Counted from the first letter of the stretch, positions 49,856 through 61,067 are shown. The stretch is 64,000 nt of DNA from Candidatus Calescibacterium sp. (GCA_032249135.1 JAVVGL010000004.1:32001-96000); one strand, 5' to 3'. Notes: a model not told the origin generated them from the letters alone. A program made the numbers and translations.

Positions 49856-51667
49856 ATGAACGATTTTTTGTTCAGGAGGAAATTTTTTATCAGAAGTTCC
49901 GATTTCATATTATCTTTATCATCTGCGATATTTGTGAATTCCTCTATATTATATTTTATGATAGTTCATAAGGAACCTGTTTATTTCCATTACGATGAAG
50001 TAATTTGGGTATCGCAATCTTTGTTTTGTGGTGGTAATTTCCCGTTTGATGAGCAAAAGTGGGGACTTGTTATTCCTTTACTATGTTTGATTTATCCTCT
50101 GAAGTATATTATTGAACCATACTATTTCTCTACTATTCGCATTTTTCTTGTTTTTTTAGATATGTATTTGCTTTTGAAACTTTTGAACTTATTTTTTTCA
50201 AAGCGAATATCTCTTATAATTTTCTTCTTTCATTTCTCAAACATATTCTCTCTTTTAAGACTTCTTTCCGGAAAAGTAGGAGACGAAACCTTTATTTCCA
50301 ATTTATATGGAAATACATTGAGAGTTTTTAATCCTTCTTTTTTTCTTATATTTTTTCTTTTGTTTCTCATTTATTTTATGAGGTTCCTTGATTTGGAGGA
50401 AAAGCAGGAAAAAATAGGGAGGAAAGATATTATATTTGCCGGAATTTTTTTAGGATTATCTTTTTATTCTTTAACTTTTTGGTGGATATATCTCGTTTCA
50501 TCTACTATTTTTCTTTTCTTTGTACTTCTTTTGTTTAGGAAAGGTTCGCTTAAAGATGTCTTCAAAGTTCTCGTTGTAGGAGTTATTTTGGGGTTACCGG
50601 CTCTGATTTTCAATTTATATCAGAAAAGCTTAGTCGGAGAATCTATTATGAGGTCTGCCTTCTTTATAAAAATTCATCAGGATATTTCGCTTGTAGATTT
50701 TCTCCTAAAAGAGATACCAAAAGAATACACTTTCCTTTTCATCTTATCTCTTTTCTCTTTTGCTTTTTATTCAAATTTTTCAAAGAAGTATTTATTTATA
50801 TTTTCTGGTTTTTTTTCTGGATTTCTTCTTTTCTTTTCAGAGTATATTCTGAAAATTTTCATGCAGGGAGCCATGCATTTTACTGTACCTTTTAAACTCT
50901 TTACAAAAATAGCCATAGGTTTGGCATTACAGAAATTTGAAGAATTGAGATCAAGAAGATTTGTCTATTATCTTTTTAGCTTTGCTATAAATATCTTGTG
51001 TGTTTTTATGTTCGTTTTGTTCGTATTAAACTGGGCGCTTTTCTTTTTTAAGGTTAAAAAGTTTGAGGAGAACACAATAAAGATAAAACAATTCAAAGAA
51101 GTTGCTTTGTGGATAAAATATAATACACCGGAAAAATCAGTTGTAACGGTGGATGATTTTTACGGATTTTTTGTTCTATTTGATATGTTTCCTGCATCCT
51201 CTGAACTGATGTTACATATTTTGAGCAAAAGATTAATTTTGCATAGTAGTATCAATATCATATCAGATTTGACTGATAATGAAGTTTTTGAGAGGTTTAT
51301 AATAAGATCAAAGTTGCTTGGTCTCTCCGAAGATGAGTTTAAAGATTACATTTATAATATTTCAAAGAGAGAGCATGTTTTCTGGGGTAGCTCTCCATAT
51401 AGTACTTTTGTTTCAAAAGCTTATTTCGGAGAACCAAAAGATTTCAAATTTTCAAAATATAAGAATATCTATGAAGCAATAGATGATTTTGTGAAGGTAG
51501 CTTTAAGATACTATCAAGATGAGAGATACTTTGAGGATTTGTTAAAAAAATATAAAGTTGATTATGTTGTAAGAAAGAAAGCTTATCAAGGGGAGTGGTA
51601 TCTCAAAGAAAAATCAAAGATTGGAGAGTTCTATATATTCAGGGTGGCAGTTCAGAAAAAAAATTGA
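49856..51667 (+). CDS. Polytopic GT-C-like membrane protein, paralog 1
   Basis: First-loop HYDE, ~12 TM helices, WIKYNTP...KYKVDYV C-terminal domain as in GT-C/OST-like proteins. Confidence 0.6.
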   Translation: MNDFLFRRKFFIRSSDFILSLSSAIFVNSSILYFMIVHKEPVYFHYDEVIWVSQSLFCGGNFPFDEQKWGLVIPLLCLIYPLKYIIEPYYFSTIRIFLVFLDMYLLLKLLNLFFSKRISLIIFFFHFSNIFSLLRLLSGKVGDETFISNLYGNTLRVFNPSFFLIFFLLFLIYFMRFLDLEEKQEKIGRKDIIFAGIFLGLSFYSLTFWWIYLVSSTIFLFFVLLLFRKGSLKDVFKVLVVGVILGLPALIFNLYQKSLVGESIMRSAFFIKIHQDISLVDFLLKEIPKEYTFLFILSLFSFAFYSNFSKKYLFIFSGFFSGFLLFFSEYILKIFMQGAMHFTVPFKLFTKIAIGLALQKFEELRSRRFVYYLFSFAINILCVFMFVLFVLNWALFFFKVKKFEENTIKIKQFKEVALWIKYNTPEKSVVTVDDFYGFFVLFDMFPASSELMLHILSKRLILHSSINIISDLTDNEVFERFIIRSKLLGLSEDEFKDYIYNISKREHVFWGSSPYSTFVSKAYFGEPKDFKFSKYKNIYEAIDDFVKVALRYYQDERYFEDLLKKYKVDYVVRKKAYQGEWYLKEKSKIGEFYIFRVAVQKKN

Positions 51668-51743
51668 GGCTAATGAGATAGGGTTGAAATTTTGAGGATT
51701 TTATGAAAAAAGATTTTTTATTTATAACTTTTGAAACATTTTA

Positions 51744-53582
51744 TTGAAGAGAAATATGAAAATTGAGATCAAATTCCTGGAAAAGATTTTTCTTAGATAC
51801 CTTGATTTTTTTGTAGCCTTATTTTCTGCTTTACTTACTAACCTCATAACTATCTACTTTTTTGTGAAGTATCATGAACCAATATATTTTCACGCAGATG
51901 AATTCAGATGGTTAAAGCTGGTTTCATTTTGTGGTGGAGAGTTTGCATTTTATGAGCAAAGGTGGGGAATAATAGTACCGCTTTTGTGTTTGATTTACCC
52001 TTTAAAGTTTGTGATTCCTTTATATTATTTTGGTCTTTTGAGACCAGTCTTTATTTTTTTTGATATGTATTTGCTTTTGAAGGTGTTAGGGTTTATTTTT
52101 TCGAGGAAAGTTGCATTGATAATTTTCTTTTTTATTTATTCTCCTATTTTTTCTTTTTTGAAGTTTATTTTGGGTGTAGAGGGTATGGGGATAGTACAGA
52201 ATGCGATGCATGGAGGACCTATGAGGATTTTCAATCCTGTGTTTTTTATGATATTTTTTCTTCTTTTTTTGTATTATTTTTTGAGGTTTTTAGACGGGGT
52301 GGAAAGGTGGGAAAATGATCCCGAGAAATGGGGGAAATATAGATTATTAAGTGGAATATTTTGGGGTCTGTCTTTTTATTCTCACATATATTGGGCGATA
52401 TACACTTTTTCGATATTTATGTTTTCTGTATTGATTTTGCGTTTTTTAGGAAACAAGTGGAGCAAGTTAAGAAGGGAGATTATGTGGATTTTACTTTTGG
52501 GTGTTACAATAGGTGTCCCTGGGATTCTTTTTAATTTTTATCAGAGGGAGTTGATAGGTGAGACTGTGGAAAGGACATTGATTTTGAAAGTTGAAAGGAA
52601 TATAGAGGTGCTCAGAGATGCATTCAAGCCGGAGTATTTATTTCTTTTCTTACTTGCTTTATTATCTTTTGTTTTGAGGTGGAGATTTACTCCGAGGAAC
52701 ATATTTATTTTTTCTGGTTTTTTTGGGGGGTATTTGTTGTTTTTTGCTGAGTATGTTTTGGGGGTATATATGCAGATTAGTGGTCATGTAATATTTCCGT
52801 TCAAGATTATGGCGAAGGTTGGGATAGGATTGCTGTTTGAGAGGATAGAGGAAGTTGCGAGGGAATTTAAGATTAAGATATTAAGATTTTTTATTGATAT
52901 AGTTTTAGTTTTAATGTTTTTTGCGTTTATGAGTAGCAGTTTGATTGTTTTTTATTATTCCACCTCTTACTTTTCTGCAAGCTATGATAAAGCAAAGAAT
53001 TTTAGGGAGGTAGTAAATTGGATAAAGGAGAATACCTCTGATGATTCTGTAATAACTTGTGAGGACGATTTGATCTATTCTCATTATGCTGCAATAGCCG
53101 GTCATTCAGAGCTGGTATTATCTGTTGCAACAAATAGATTTATCTTATATGATATTGTAAATTACTTTTCTGATTTGAAGCATGAGGATGTTTTCAATAG
53201 ATTTATTCTCAAGACAAAATTACTCGGATTTTCCGAAGCTGAACTAAAAAAATATATTTATTATGATATCATTAGACCTCATAAATGCTATGTAGTTCTT
53301 CCTGGACTTGGTGATTTCTGTACACCATACGCTCTGAACCTTTTTGGAGAACCTCAGGATTTCAAATTTCCGAGAGATAAAGGTGTGCTTGAAGTAATAG
53401 ATGATTTTGTGGAAGTAGCTTTAAGATACTATCAAGATGAGAGATATTTTGAGGATTTACTGAAGAAATATAGGGTTGATTATGTTATAAGAAAGAAACC
53501 GTATCAAGGAGAGTGGTACCTCAGAGAGGAAACAAAAATTGGAGAGTTCTATATATTCAGGGTTATAAAAGAAAAAGAATAA
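51744..53582 (+). CDS. Polytopic GT-C-like membrane protein, paralog 2
   Basis: HADE, WIKENT, KYRVDYV; clearly homologous to 49856-51667. Confidence 0.6.
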   Translation: MKRNMKIEIKFLEKIFLRYLDFFVALFSALLTNLITIYFFVKYHEPIYFHADEFRWLKLVSFCGGEFAFYEQRWGIIVPLLCLIYPLKFVIPLYYFGLLRPVFIFFDMYLLLKVLGFIFSRKVALIIFFFIYSPIFSFLKFILGVEGMGIVQNAMHGGPMRIFNPVFFMIFFLLFLYYFLRFLDGVERWENDPEKWGKYRLLSGIFWGLSFYSHIYWAIYTFSIFMFSVLILRFLGNKWSKLRREIMWILLLGVTIGVPGILFNFYQRELIGETVERTLILKVERNIEVLRDAFKPEYLFLFLLALLSFVLRWRFTPRNIFIFSGFFGGYLLFFAEYVLGVYMQISGHVIFPFKIMAKVGIGLLFERIEEVAREFKIKILRFFIDIVLVLMFFAFMSSSLIVFYYSTSYFSASYDKAKNFREVVNWIKENTSDDSVITCEDDLIYSHYAAIAGHSELVLSVATNRFILYDIVNYFSDLKHEDVFNRFILKTKLLGFSEAELKKYIYYDIIRPHKCYVVLPGLGDFCTPYALNLFGEPQDFKFPRDKGVLEVIDDFVEVALRYYQDERYFEDLLKKYRVDYVIRKKPYQGEWYLREETKIGEFYIFRVIKEKE

Positions 53583-53626
53583 AGCAGAATTTGGAAAATT
53601 AAATTTTTGTTGTTAAAAGTTAATTT

Positions 53627-55540
53627 GTGTGTGGAATAGCTGGGATTGTTTCTTCATCAGTTTCTGATGAGATTTTCCTAAAAGCTCTCAATCTTATTTC
53701 ATACCGTGGTCCGGATGACACTGGATTTTTTGCGGGGATTGATCAGAAAACTCAAAAAAAAGTTCTTCTGGGTATAAATAGGCTCAGCATAATAGATATT
53801 CAAGGTGGAAAACAACCTATGAAATCAGAAGATGGTAAAATTGTTGTTGTATTTAACGGGGAAATTTATAACTTTCTTGAATTAAGAAGGAAGTTGGAAG
53901 GTAAGCACTTTTTTCGTACAAGTTCAGATACAGAAATTATACCGCATATGTGGGAAGAATACCGAGAAAGTATGCTTGACTATTTTGATGGAATGTTTGC
54001 CATTGCTCTTTATGACTCAAAAGAAAATATCCTGTTTTTGGCAAGAGACCCCTTTGGGGAAAAACCTCTTTACTACTCACTATCTCAAAATCAATTTATT
54101 TTTGCATCAGAGCTAAAGGTTATAATCTCGTTGGCTGATTTTTCACCTGAGCCAGATTTTTACGCTATCGCAAAATACCTCTTTTATGGTTTCATTCCGT
54201 CTCCGCACTCTGCTTTCTCTAAAATAAAAAAAGTACCAGCTGGACACTACCTTATTTTTGACTTAAAAAACTGGGATATTAAAATAAAGGAGTATTTTCA
54301 GGTAAAAAGAATAAAAGCGGTAAATACTTTTGGAATTCAAGATATAAAGCATCAAATCAAAGAAAACCTTTATATTTCTGTGAAAAGAAGACTTATAGCA
54401 GATGTCCCGTTGGGGATATTTCTTTCTGGTGGAATTGATTCATCTTCTGTTGTAGCAATAGCTTCGGAATTTACAAAGCCCAAAACTTTTTCCATATCTT
54501 TTTATGAAAGCTCTTACGATGAATCAAGCTTTGCAAGAGAGATTTCATCTTTTTTTGGAACAGATCACACAGAGTACAGAATGCGTGAAGATGATATGCT
54601 TGAAGTCATTCCAGAAATTTTTTCAAAACTTGATGAACCATTTGCAGATTCTTCAATATTACCCACATATCTATTGAGTAAGCTTACAAGACAAAAGGTA
54701 AAGGTTGCGCTATCCGGAGATGGTGGGGACGAACTTTTTGGTGGGTATCCAACTTACATTTCTCATATTCTTGCAGAACTTTTAAGAAGAATTTTGAGAT
54801 GGAAATTCAAATACTTTGTAGTAAATCTAATTGAATCTTTGCCATCTTCTTTTGAGTATTTCAGTTTAGATTTCAAACTCAAAAGATTTTTTTCGGGTTT
54901 TGATCTTGATCTTCCGCAAAGACACTATTTTTGGATGAGATATTTTTCTCCATCAGAAATAACCAATATTTTGAATTTAGATATAAAGCAAGATTTTATC
55001 TTTGAAGATGCTTTAAGATACTACAAAGAAGCCGTAGAAAAAGATATTGATTTTTTTTCATTGCCTATGTATCTTGATATGAAACTTTATCTTCAAGATG
55101 ATATTTTGTTTAAGACTGATAGAGCTTCTTCTTTTTGTTCTCTTGAAGTAAGAACACCTTTTCTTACAAGAGAAATTGCCAATTTGTGCTTTTCTTTGAA
55201 ATTCAAAGATAAGATAAGACCGCTAATTTATACTCTTGACGGATTAAAATTTATACTCAGAGATATAATGAAAGAAAAGTTACCAAAGAGAATATTGAAA
55301 AGAGGAAAACAAGGGTTTGCTGTCCCGATAAGTTTCTGGATAAAGAAGAAAGAAAGGATTTTTGCGGAAAAGGTCTTTGAGCTTGAAAAATACCTCAGAA
55401 GATTTGGAGTATTATCTCCTTCTTTTTCTCATTTTGTTTCCAAAGAGTTCTCCGATCATATAAATTTAAGAAAAAATAATTCAAGAAAGATTTTTGCTTT
55501 ATTTTCATTATCACAGTGGATTGAAAGATGGATAAGGTAA
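53627..55540 (+). CDS. asnB: Asparagine synthase (glutamine-hydrolysing) family amidotransferase
   Basis: N-terminal CGIAG, RGPD, NGEIYN, LSGGIDSS, LSGDGGDELFGGY, EVRTPFL, KQGF. Confidence 0.93.
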   Translation: MCGIAGIVSSSVSDEIFLKALNLISYRGPDDTGFFAGIDQKTQKKVLLGINRLSIIDIQGGKQPMKSEDGKIVVVFNGEIYNFLELRRKLEGKHFFRTSSDTEIIPHMWEEYRESMLDYFDGMFAIALYDSKENILFLARDPFGEKPLYYSLSQNQFIFASELKVIISLADFSPEPDFYAIAKYLFYGFIPSPHSAFSKIKKVPAGHYLIFDLKNWDIKIKEYFQVKRIKAVNTFGIQDIKHQIKENLYISVKRRLIADVPLGIFLSGGIDSSSVVAIASEFTKPKTFSISFYESSYDESSFAREISSFFGTDHTEYRMREDDMLEVIPEIFSKLDEPFADSSILPTYLLSKLTRQKVKVALSGDGGDELFGGYPTYISHILAELLRRILRWKFKYFVVNLIESLPSSFEYFSLDFKLKRFFSGFDLDLPQRHYFWMRYFSPSEITNILNLDIKQDFIFEDALRYYKEAVEKDIDFFSLPMYLDMKLYLQDDILFKTDRASSFCSLEVRTPFLTREIANLCFSLKFKDKIRPLIYTLDGLKFILRDIMKEKLPKRILKRGKQGFAVPISFWIKKKERIFAEKVFELEKYLRRFGVLSPSFSHFVSKEFSDHINLRKNNSRKIFALFSLSQWIERWIR

Positions 55541-56145
55541 ATAAAAAAAGTGATTTAGCTGTGAATAGTGAAATGGGAAACAGAATTATGAAGTTAAATT
55601 TGGGTTGTGGTTCCTTTAAGAAATATGGCTATATAAATGTAGATATAAGAAAAGAAGTTAATCCAGACCTTGTGGTTGATCTAAATAAATTCCCTTATCC
55701 TTTTAAAGATAATACTTTTGATCTTGTGGAAGCTTTTCATGTTTTGGAACATTTGAATTCTCCGTTTGAGGCTATGTTTGAATTACATAGAATATTGAAA
55801 AATGGCGGAGAGTTGAAAATTGCTGTACCTCATTGTAGTAGAGGATTTTCTCATCCGGAGCATAAAGCTGGTTTTGATGTTACTTTCCCATATTATTTTG
55901 ATCCAAAGTATCCTCAATATTTTTATGGGAAAGAGTTCAAACTTAAAAAACTTAGATTGAATTGGTTGGGGCAGAAGTATTTGAGAAAACAGCACCTATC
56001 AAAGCTTACTTTCTTCACTTTGGAAGTTATGGATAGGTTTATAAGTTTTTTTGCTAATTTAAATCCACTTTTGTGTGCTAAATTATGGTGTTATTGGGTG
56101 GGAGGATTTGATGAAATTTATATGGAGTTCATTTGTGTCAAATAG
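55528..56145 (+). CDS. Class I SAM-dependent methyltransferase (type 11-like)
   Basis: LNLGCG, PFKDNTFD, HVLEHL, HRILKNGG. Confidence 0.85.
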   Translation: MDKVNKKSDLAVNSEMGNRIMKLNLGCGSFKKYGYINVDIRKEVNPDLVVDLNKFPYPFKDNTFDLVEAFHVLEHLNSPFEAMFELHRILKNGGELKIAVPHCSRGFSHPEHKAGFDVTFPYYFDPKYPQYFYGKEFKLKKLRLNWLGQKYLRKQHLSKLTFFTLEVMDRFISFFANLNPLLCAKLWCYWVGGFDEIYMEFICVK

Positions 56146-56205
56146 GTTATGATAGTTTTTATTGTTTTTTTCTTTTATGGGAAAATTTTTATTTTCTCAA
56201 AAGTT

Positions 56206-57108
56206 TTAACCTTTGAGTCTTGGGTCAAAAATTTGAGCTAATTTATCTGAAAGAAAATTTACTAAAACCCATATTGAAGAAATTGAAAATACGCAGGCAT
56301 AAAGTAAAGGTAAATCTCGTGAAAGTACAGCTTGTACTGTAAGCGAACCTATTCCTGGGAACGAAAAAACCGTTTCGGTTATAACTGTTCCTGAAAGCAG
56401 AACTCCTGCTTGAATTCCGATAACCGTTATTATTCCTGATGATATAGCTTTTGATATATGTAAAAGTTCTCTTACAAAACCTACTCCTTTTGACCTAATA
56501 AATAAGAAAGCATCTGATTTTATAAAGTCTTCTGAAAGGTTTTTCAAAAATCTCCCGAGAACAATAGATAAGGATATGCTGAGCGTCAAAGCTGGTAAAA
56601 TTAAAGATTTCAGGTTTTCAAATCCAGATACTGGCAAAAGCCTGAGCTTTACGGAGAACAAGATTATAAATATTACTCCGAGCCAAAAGTTCGGTATAGA
56701 CCATAATATTGTTGATAAAATTGTAATTGCATCCTCCCACTTTCTGAACAAAATGTAAAGTATGAATATAAGATTTGCAAGGAAAAAAGTTATCGCAAGT
56801 GTTGTTATCGCGAGTAAAAATGTATTTTTCAATCTTGGAATTATAATATCTCTTACCTTTTGCTTTGTGTAAAAAGAGTATCCAAAATCAAACTTTATCG
56901 CTGAGATCAAAGTGTTTTTGTATCTTTCAAGTAAAGGTTTGTCAAGACCGAACTCTTTTTTTATTTTTTCTATCTCTTCTCTGGACGCCCTTTCTCCTCC
57001 AAGTAGTTCAGCTGGATCTCCTGGAATAGCCTCAATAATAAAAAAAATGGAGGTGAGTACAAAAAATATTGTTAAAATTGCTTTGAATATGTCAGAAAAA
57101 ATCCTCAA
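56206..57108 (-). CDS. Peptide/nickel ABC transporter permease (DppB/OppB-like)
   Basis: PGDPA, GLDKPL, DFGYS, SIPNFW, LILPALTL, ITETVFSFPGIG, RDLP, DPR. Confidence 0.9.
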   Translation of the reverse strand: MRIFSDIFKAILTIFFVLTSIFFIIEAIPGDPAELLGGERASREEIEKIKKEFGLDKPLLERYKNTLISAIKFDFGYSFYTKQKVRDIIIPRLKNTFLLAITTLAITFFLANLIFILYILFRKWEDAITILSTILWSIPNFWLGVIFIILFSVKLRLLPVSGFENLKSLILPALTLSISLSIVLGRFLKNLSEDFIKSDAFLFIRSKGVGFVRELLHISKAISSGIITVIGIQAGVLLSGTVITETVFSFPGIGSLTVQAVLSRDLPLLYACVFSISSIWVLVNFLSDKLAQIFDPRLKG

Positions 57109-57173
57109 ATCTCAAAAAAATCCTCAAATCTCAAATTTGGTCTACTAATACCAAAAGTAAGCTAATCTTAATT

Positions 57174-57410
57174 TTACAATATTTTTTCTTCGCCGGCTCT
57201 TCTTCTTTCTTCTTCTGTTATTTTCTTGTATTTTACTTTGTTTGCTGCAATTTCTCTTAGGGCAACCACTATCTCTCTGTTTTCTTCTATGTTGTCTATG
57301 GTGGGTCTTGCTCCTTTCATAAGTTGATGGGCTCTTAAAATTGCCATTCTTACAAGAATAAATTTGTTCGGAACTTTTTCAAGGCAGTCCTCTATTGTAA
57401 TTCTTGCCAT
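57174..57410 (-). CDS. rpoZ: RNA polymerase omega subunit
   Basis: [31 protein letters not shown]. Confidence 0.95.
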   Translation of the reverse strand: MARITIEDCLEKVPNKFILVRMAILRAHQLMKGARPTIDNIEENREIVVALREIAANKVKYKKITEEERRRAGEEKIL

Positions 57411-57499
57411 ATTTTATATGATAAAAAATGGGGGTTTTATAATTTATTTTTCACAATTTTTTATTTTTGGGATATTGGAGCAGATGAAATATAGAATTT

Positions 57500-58048
57500 T
57501 TAAGAAAGTTCAAAAGCAGAGTGCAGTTCTCTTACGGCTAACTCAACATATTTTTCTTTTATAACACAAGATATTTTTATCTCGGAGGTTGAGATCATCT
57601 CTATATTTATTCCTGCTTTTGCAAGAGTTGAGAACATTTTCGCGGCTATGCCGGGTCTATCTCTCATTCCTGTTCCTACTATTGATACTTTTGCTATTGT
57701 ATCATCATATCTTACTTCTTTGAACCCCATTTTCTTTGCAACTTCTTGAACTGTATCTAATGCTTTTTTTAGTTGCTTTCTTTTTACTGTGAAAGTTATA
57801 TCTGTAAGTCCCTCTGATGAGACATTTTGAACTATCATATCTACGCTTATTCCAGCTTCACCTAATGGTGTGAAAATTGCAGCTGCTATTCCGGGACGAT
57901 CTGGAACCCCTATAATAGTTATTTTTGCCTGATCTTTGTCATATGATATAGCAGTAACCGGTCTTTCATCTTCTATCTTCACTACGTTTTTTTTTTCTTT
58001 TTTATTTTCTTTCTTTTTTATTTTTTCTTCTTTTTTCTTTCCTGACAT
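57500..58048 (-). CDS. Stand-alone tandem ACT protein (aspartokinase beta-subunit-like)
   Basis: [53 protein letters not shown]; no kinase domain. Confidence 0.85.
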   Translation of the reverse strand: MSGKKKEEKIKKKENKKEKKNVVKIEDERPVTAISYDKDQAKITIIGVPDRPGIAAAIFTPLGEAGISVDMIVQNVSSEGLTDITFTVKRKQLKKALDTVQEVAKKMGFKEVRYDDTIAKVSIVGTGMRDRPGIAAKMFSTLAKAGINIEMISTSEIKISCVIKEKYVELAVRELHSAFELS

Positions 58049-58181
58049 GGCGTTTTTAGGTTTTGTAGTCTTTTTTGTATTATTGTTTATATAAGTTTTG
58101 AAATTTCATTTTGGTTATATTCTGTTTTTCTTTTTTTTGTTTTATCTTTTGTTCTTTTATTTTTTCGCTTTGTATTCTTTA

Positions 58182-59528
58182 CTATTTACTTTTTTCGTTG
58201 TTGATGAATATTTTTTGGAGTTCCTCTTCAATTTTGTCTTTTATTTCCTCGGCTTTTTCTTTGTTTTCATATTCTACCATAACTCTTATTACAGGTTCTG
58301 TTCCGGAGTATCTTACGACAACTCTTCCGCCTGATTTCTCTACCTCTTCCTTTATCTTCCAAACATTTCTGAATTCTTCTGAGTTCAAATCTTTCTTTTG
58401 TGAAATTTTTATTTTCCCTTTTGCTTGATAGAATTTTTCTATTGCTAAATCCTTCAAATCTTTTTGCTTTTTTATAACATATTCTAAAACTTTAAGAGCA
58501 GATATTATTCCATCTCCTGTTGGAAGTATATCATAAAGTATTATGTGTCCTGATTCTTCTCCCCCAAGGTTTGCTCCAACTTCTTCCATTTTGTAAGCTA
58601 TATTTCTATCTCCTACATCAACTCTTACGAAGTTTAATTTGTTTTCTTTTGCGAATTTTTCTAACGCCATGTTAGATAGTATCGTGCCAACAATTCCCCA
58701 CCTTATTTCTCCTTTTTCCATCATAGATTTAGCTAAAATTGAAATCAGCTGATCTCCATCATATAGATTACCTTTTGAATCTCCTATAAGAACTCTATCT
58801 CCATCTCCATCAAATATTATTTTGAAATCTCCATCTTCTGATAAAGCTTTTTGAGGATTTTCACTGCCAACTCCTAAATTTATATTTTCTCCGTCTGGAT
58901 TTGCTCCTATGGTTTTTACTTTTGCGCCAAGTTCTCTGAAAATCTCTGGCGCTATATTTGAAGTTGATCCATTTGAGCAGTCTAAAACTATATTCAGACC
59001 TTTCAGCATATTTTTGGGGAAAAGATTTAAGATGAAGCTTTTGTATGTGCTTTTACAAAATTCATAATCTTGATGGAGTTCTCCGATCTGATATGAATTT
59101 TCTGCTTCGTTTATTTTTTGATTTTCAAGGAAAAATTTTTCTATTTCCTTTTCAGTTTTTTGGTCTAATTTCAACCCATCCTTATTGAAGAATTTTATTC
59201 CGTTAAATTCTGGGGGGTTATGAGAGGCTGATACGGAAAATGCGCCGTTGTATCTGAGGGTTCTGCATATCAGTGAGGCAGCGGGAGTAGGTAATATTCC
59301 AGCAAGTTTTACATTAAAGTTTTGTGAAACCAAAACCCCTGAGAATATTGAAACTATCGGTAAGGATGATTTTCGTGTATCCCAAACAACCACATAATTT
59401 CCTTTTTCCATAACACGGCTTGTAGCTTTTGCTATTTTAAAAATAAGGTCAGGAGAATATTTTAGTTCATCTCCTTGTGAATTTCCAGATACAATAAATC
59501 TTATTCCATCTGTTCCGAAAAGTTCCAT
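58182..59528 (-). CDS. glmM: Phosphoglucosamine mutase
   Basis: FGTDGIR, SASHNP, DGDGDR, GGEESGH, RYSGTEP.IRVMVE. Confidence 0.92.
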   Translation of the reverse strand: MELFGTDGIRFIVSGNSQGDELKYSPDLIFKIAKATSRVMEKGNYVVVWDTRKSSLPIVSIFSGVLVSQNFNVKLAGILPTPAASLICRTLRYNGAFSVSASHNPPEFNGIKFFNKDGLKLDQKTEKEIEKFFLENQKINEAENSYQIGELHQDYEFCKSTYKSFILNLFPKNMLKGLNIVLDCSNGSTSNIAPEIFRELGAKVKTIGANPDGENINLGVGSENPQKALSEDGDFKIIFDGDGDRVLIGDSKGNLYDGDQLISILAKSMMEKGEIRWGIVGTILSNMALEKFAKENKLNFVRVDVGDRNIAYKMEEVGANLGGEESGHIILYDILPTGDGIISALKVLEYVIKKQKDLKDLAIEKFYQAKGKIKISQKKDLNSEEFRNVWKIKEEVEKSGGRVVVRYSGTEPVIRVMVEYENKEKAEEIKDKIEEELQKIFINNEKSK

Positions 59529-59641
59529 TTTTTATTTTTATTATGTTCAGATTCATTTTGATTCATATAAAACAAACTTTTTCTCTTCAAATATGTTTTT
59601 TTCTTACTCTAACACTATCAGGTCTTTTACACTTTTGCAAA

Positions 59642-60300
59642 TCAACTTGAACTGATATGAGTAGCATTTTTCTAACGGTATTGAAAAAGTTCCAAAATGA
59701 GTTTTTCTTTGGATTCTTGGTTTTGAAGGATCGCTTATATCAAATATCATAGCACCGGCGTATCCAGAAGATAAATATAGCCTATTTTCCCAGTGAGCTA
59801 TGCCGGCTGCGATGTCATTTAGAACTCCATAATCAAGGGAATATGATGTTATTTGTGAGGGAAAACCGGTAGAAATATCCCAAATACTGAAAGTGTTATC
59901 TACTCCCTCTGCGGTAAAGAGTAAATTCCTTAGATGAATTTTCGTCTAGGTAAAAGTTATCAATTTTGTTTTTGACTTTAAATCTTATGTATCCATCAGA
60001 GTTTATAACATATTCTCTTTTTTCTTCTTGGTAGTTTATACTTTCAGGAGAAATACGACCATTTCCTTCTGGAACAGCAATAGTTTTTACCTTTGGTTTT
60101 GGAGTATTTTGAAAGTTGGATGGGATTTCAGAAAATTCAGATGAAACTGAACCTATATCCTTCTCAAACGCCGTTTCTCTCATATCCTTTCCATCTCCAA
60201 AATCATACTTTCACCTTATCAACGACTTCAATATCTCATCTTTGATTCTTCTTGTTGACGATATCAAAGCCTATCTTCAAGCAGAATTTCCCTTATAAAA
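59642..60300 (-). pseudogene. Remnant of a PKD-like plus LVIVD-repeat surface protein
   Basis: R*KYDFGDGK (PKD-like, stop at the Trp position), frameshift near 59920, then YLSSGYAGAMIFDISDPSKP (LVIVD-like) ending at TGA 59642. Confidence 0.5.
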
Positions 60301-60377
60301 GATATTATCAAATCAAAAACTTCTCCGAAGGTAATTCTTATAATTCATATACATCTTGGAGGAGATGGAATAAATTT

Positions 60378-61067
60378 TCATCGTAATGCTATATATTCCA
60401 TAGGGCTTACATCAAATGTTTCCGCCATGCCTGTATCAAGACCAGCAAGAACATCTGTAACTAAAATGAAGATTGGACTTATACAAAATATTTTTCCAAC
60501 ATTTTGTATGACTCTTCCTTCTTTCCAACCCCAAAAGCGTGTTTTACCTAAATCTTTCAGACTATTTACATCTTTTCTTATTGTGAAAAAATATGAGAAT
60601 CCTTGTTCAGTGAGAAGTAGTAATTTAAAACCTCTTTTTTCATAAATCTTTCGAAACTCTGGGAAAAACTTGTCCGTTATTCTATCGGCTTCATCATAGC
60701 TTTTAAGGAGCATGGGGAGATCAAGCACTCTAATCTCGGGTGCTGTTTTTTTTATTCCTTGTAATGTAAATATTCCACCATCTATTTGACCATCAGCTAT
60801 TTTTTTTACCATTTCTTCTTCATCACCAAGAACTCCGTCTGGGTAGATATAAAATTTGATATCAGGGTAGTTTTTTAGGGTATCGTTAATTATGCTTCCA
60901 ATTATTTTCAGCCAATCCGAATCAGCTGGCGCGAGAGTTCCTATTTTTACTGTTAAGCTTAAAGCTTTTTTTGGGAAATTTAGTATAATCGGCAAGGTAA
61001 GAAGAGATATTTTCAAGCAAAACAAGCAAAAAATGTAATACCTCTTTACTTTTCCCCCCGTCATCAT
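60378..61067 (-). pseudogene. Truncated TRAP DctP paralog
   Basis: IGTLAPADSDW, GVLGDEEEM, GQIDG, LDLP; ends at IALR* where homologs have ALxW; ~100 aa shorter than the intact paralog at 10933. Confidence 0.65.

Noticed and set aside
55010-55023. GCTTTAAGATACTA in asnB matching the GT-C paralog tails
   Set aside because: A 14-bp AT-rich match encoding ALRYY; likely chance.
57096-57133. 19-bp tandem repeat over the ABC permease start
   Set aside because: Two copies of low-complexity sequence, likely a slippage duplication with no evident function.
60200-60390. TGA at two expected Trp positions, suggesting stop-codon reassignment
   Set aside because: Intact genes use TGG for Trp and many end properly at TGA; both cases lie in decayed genes.
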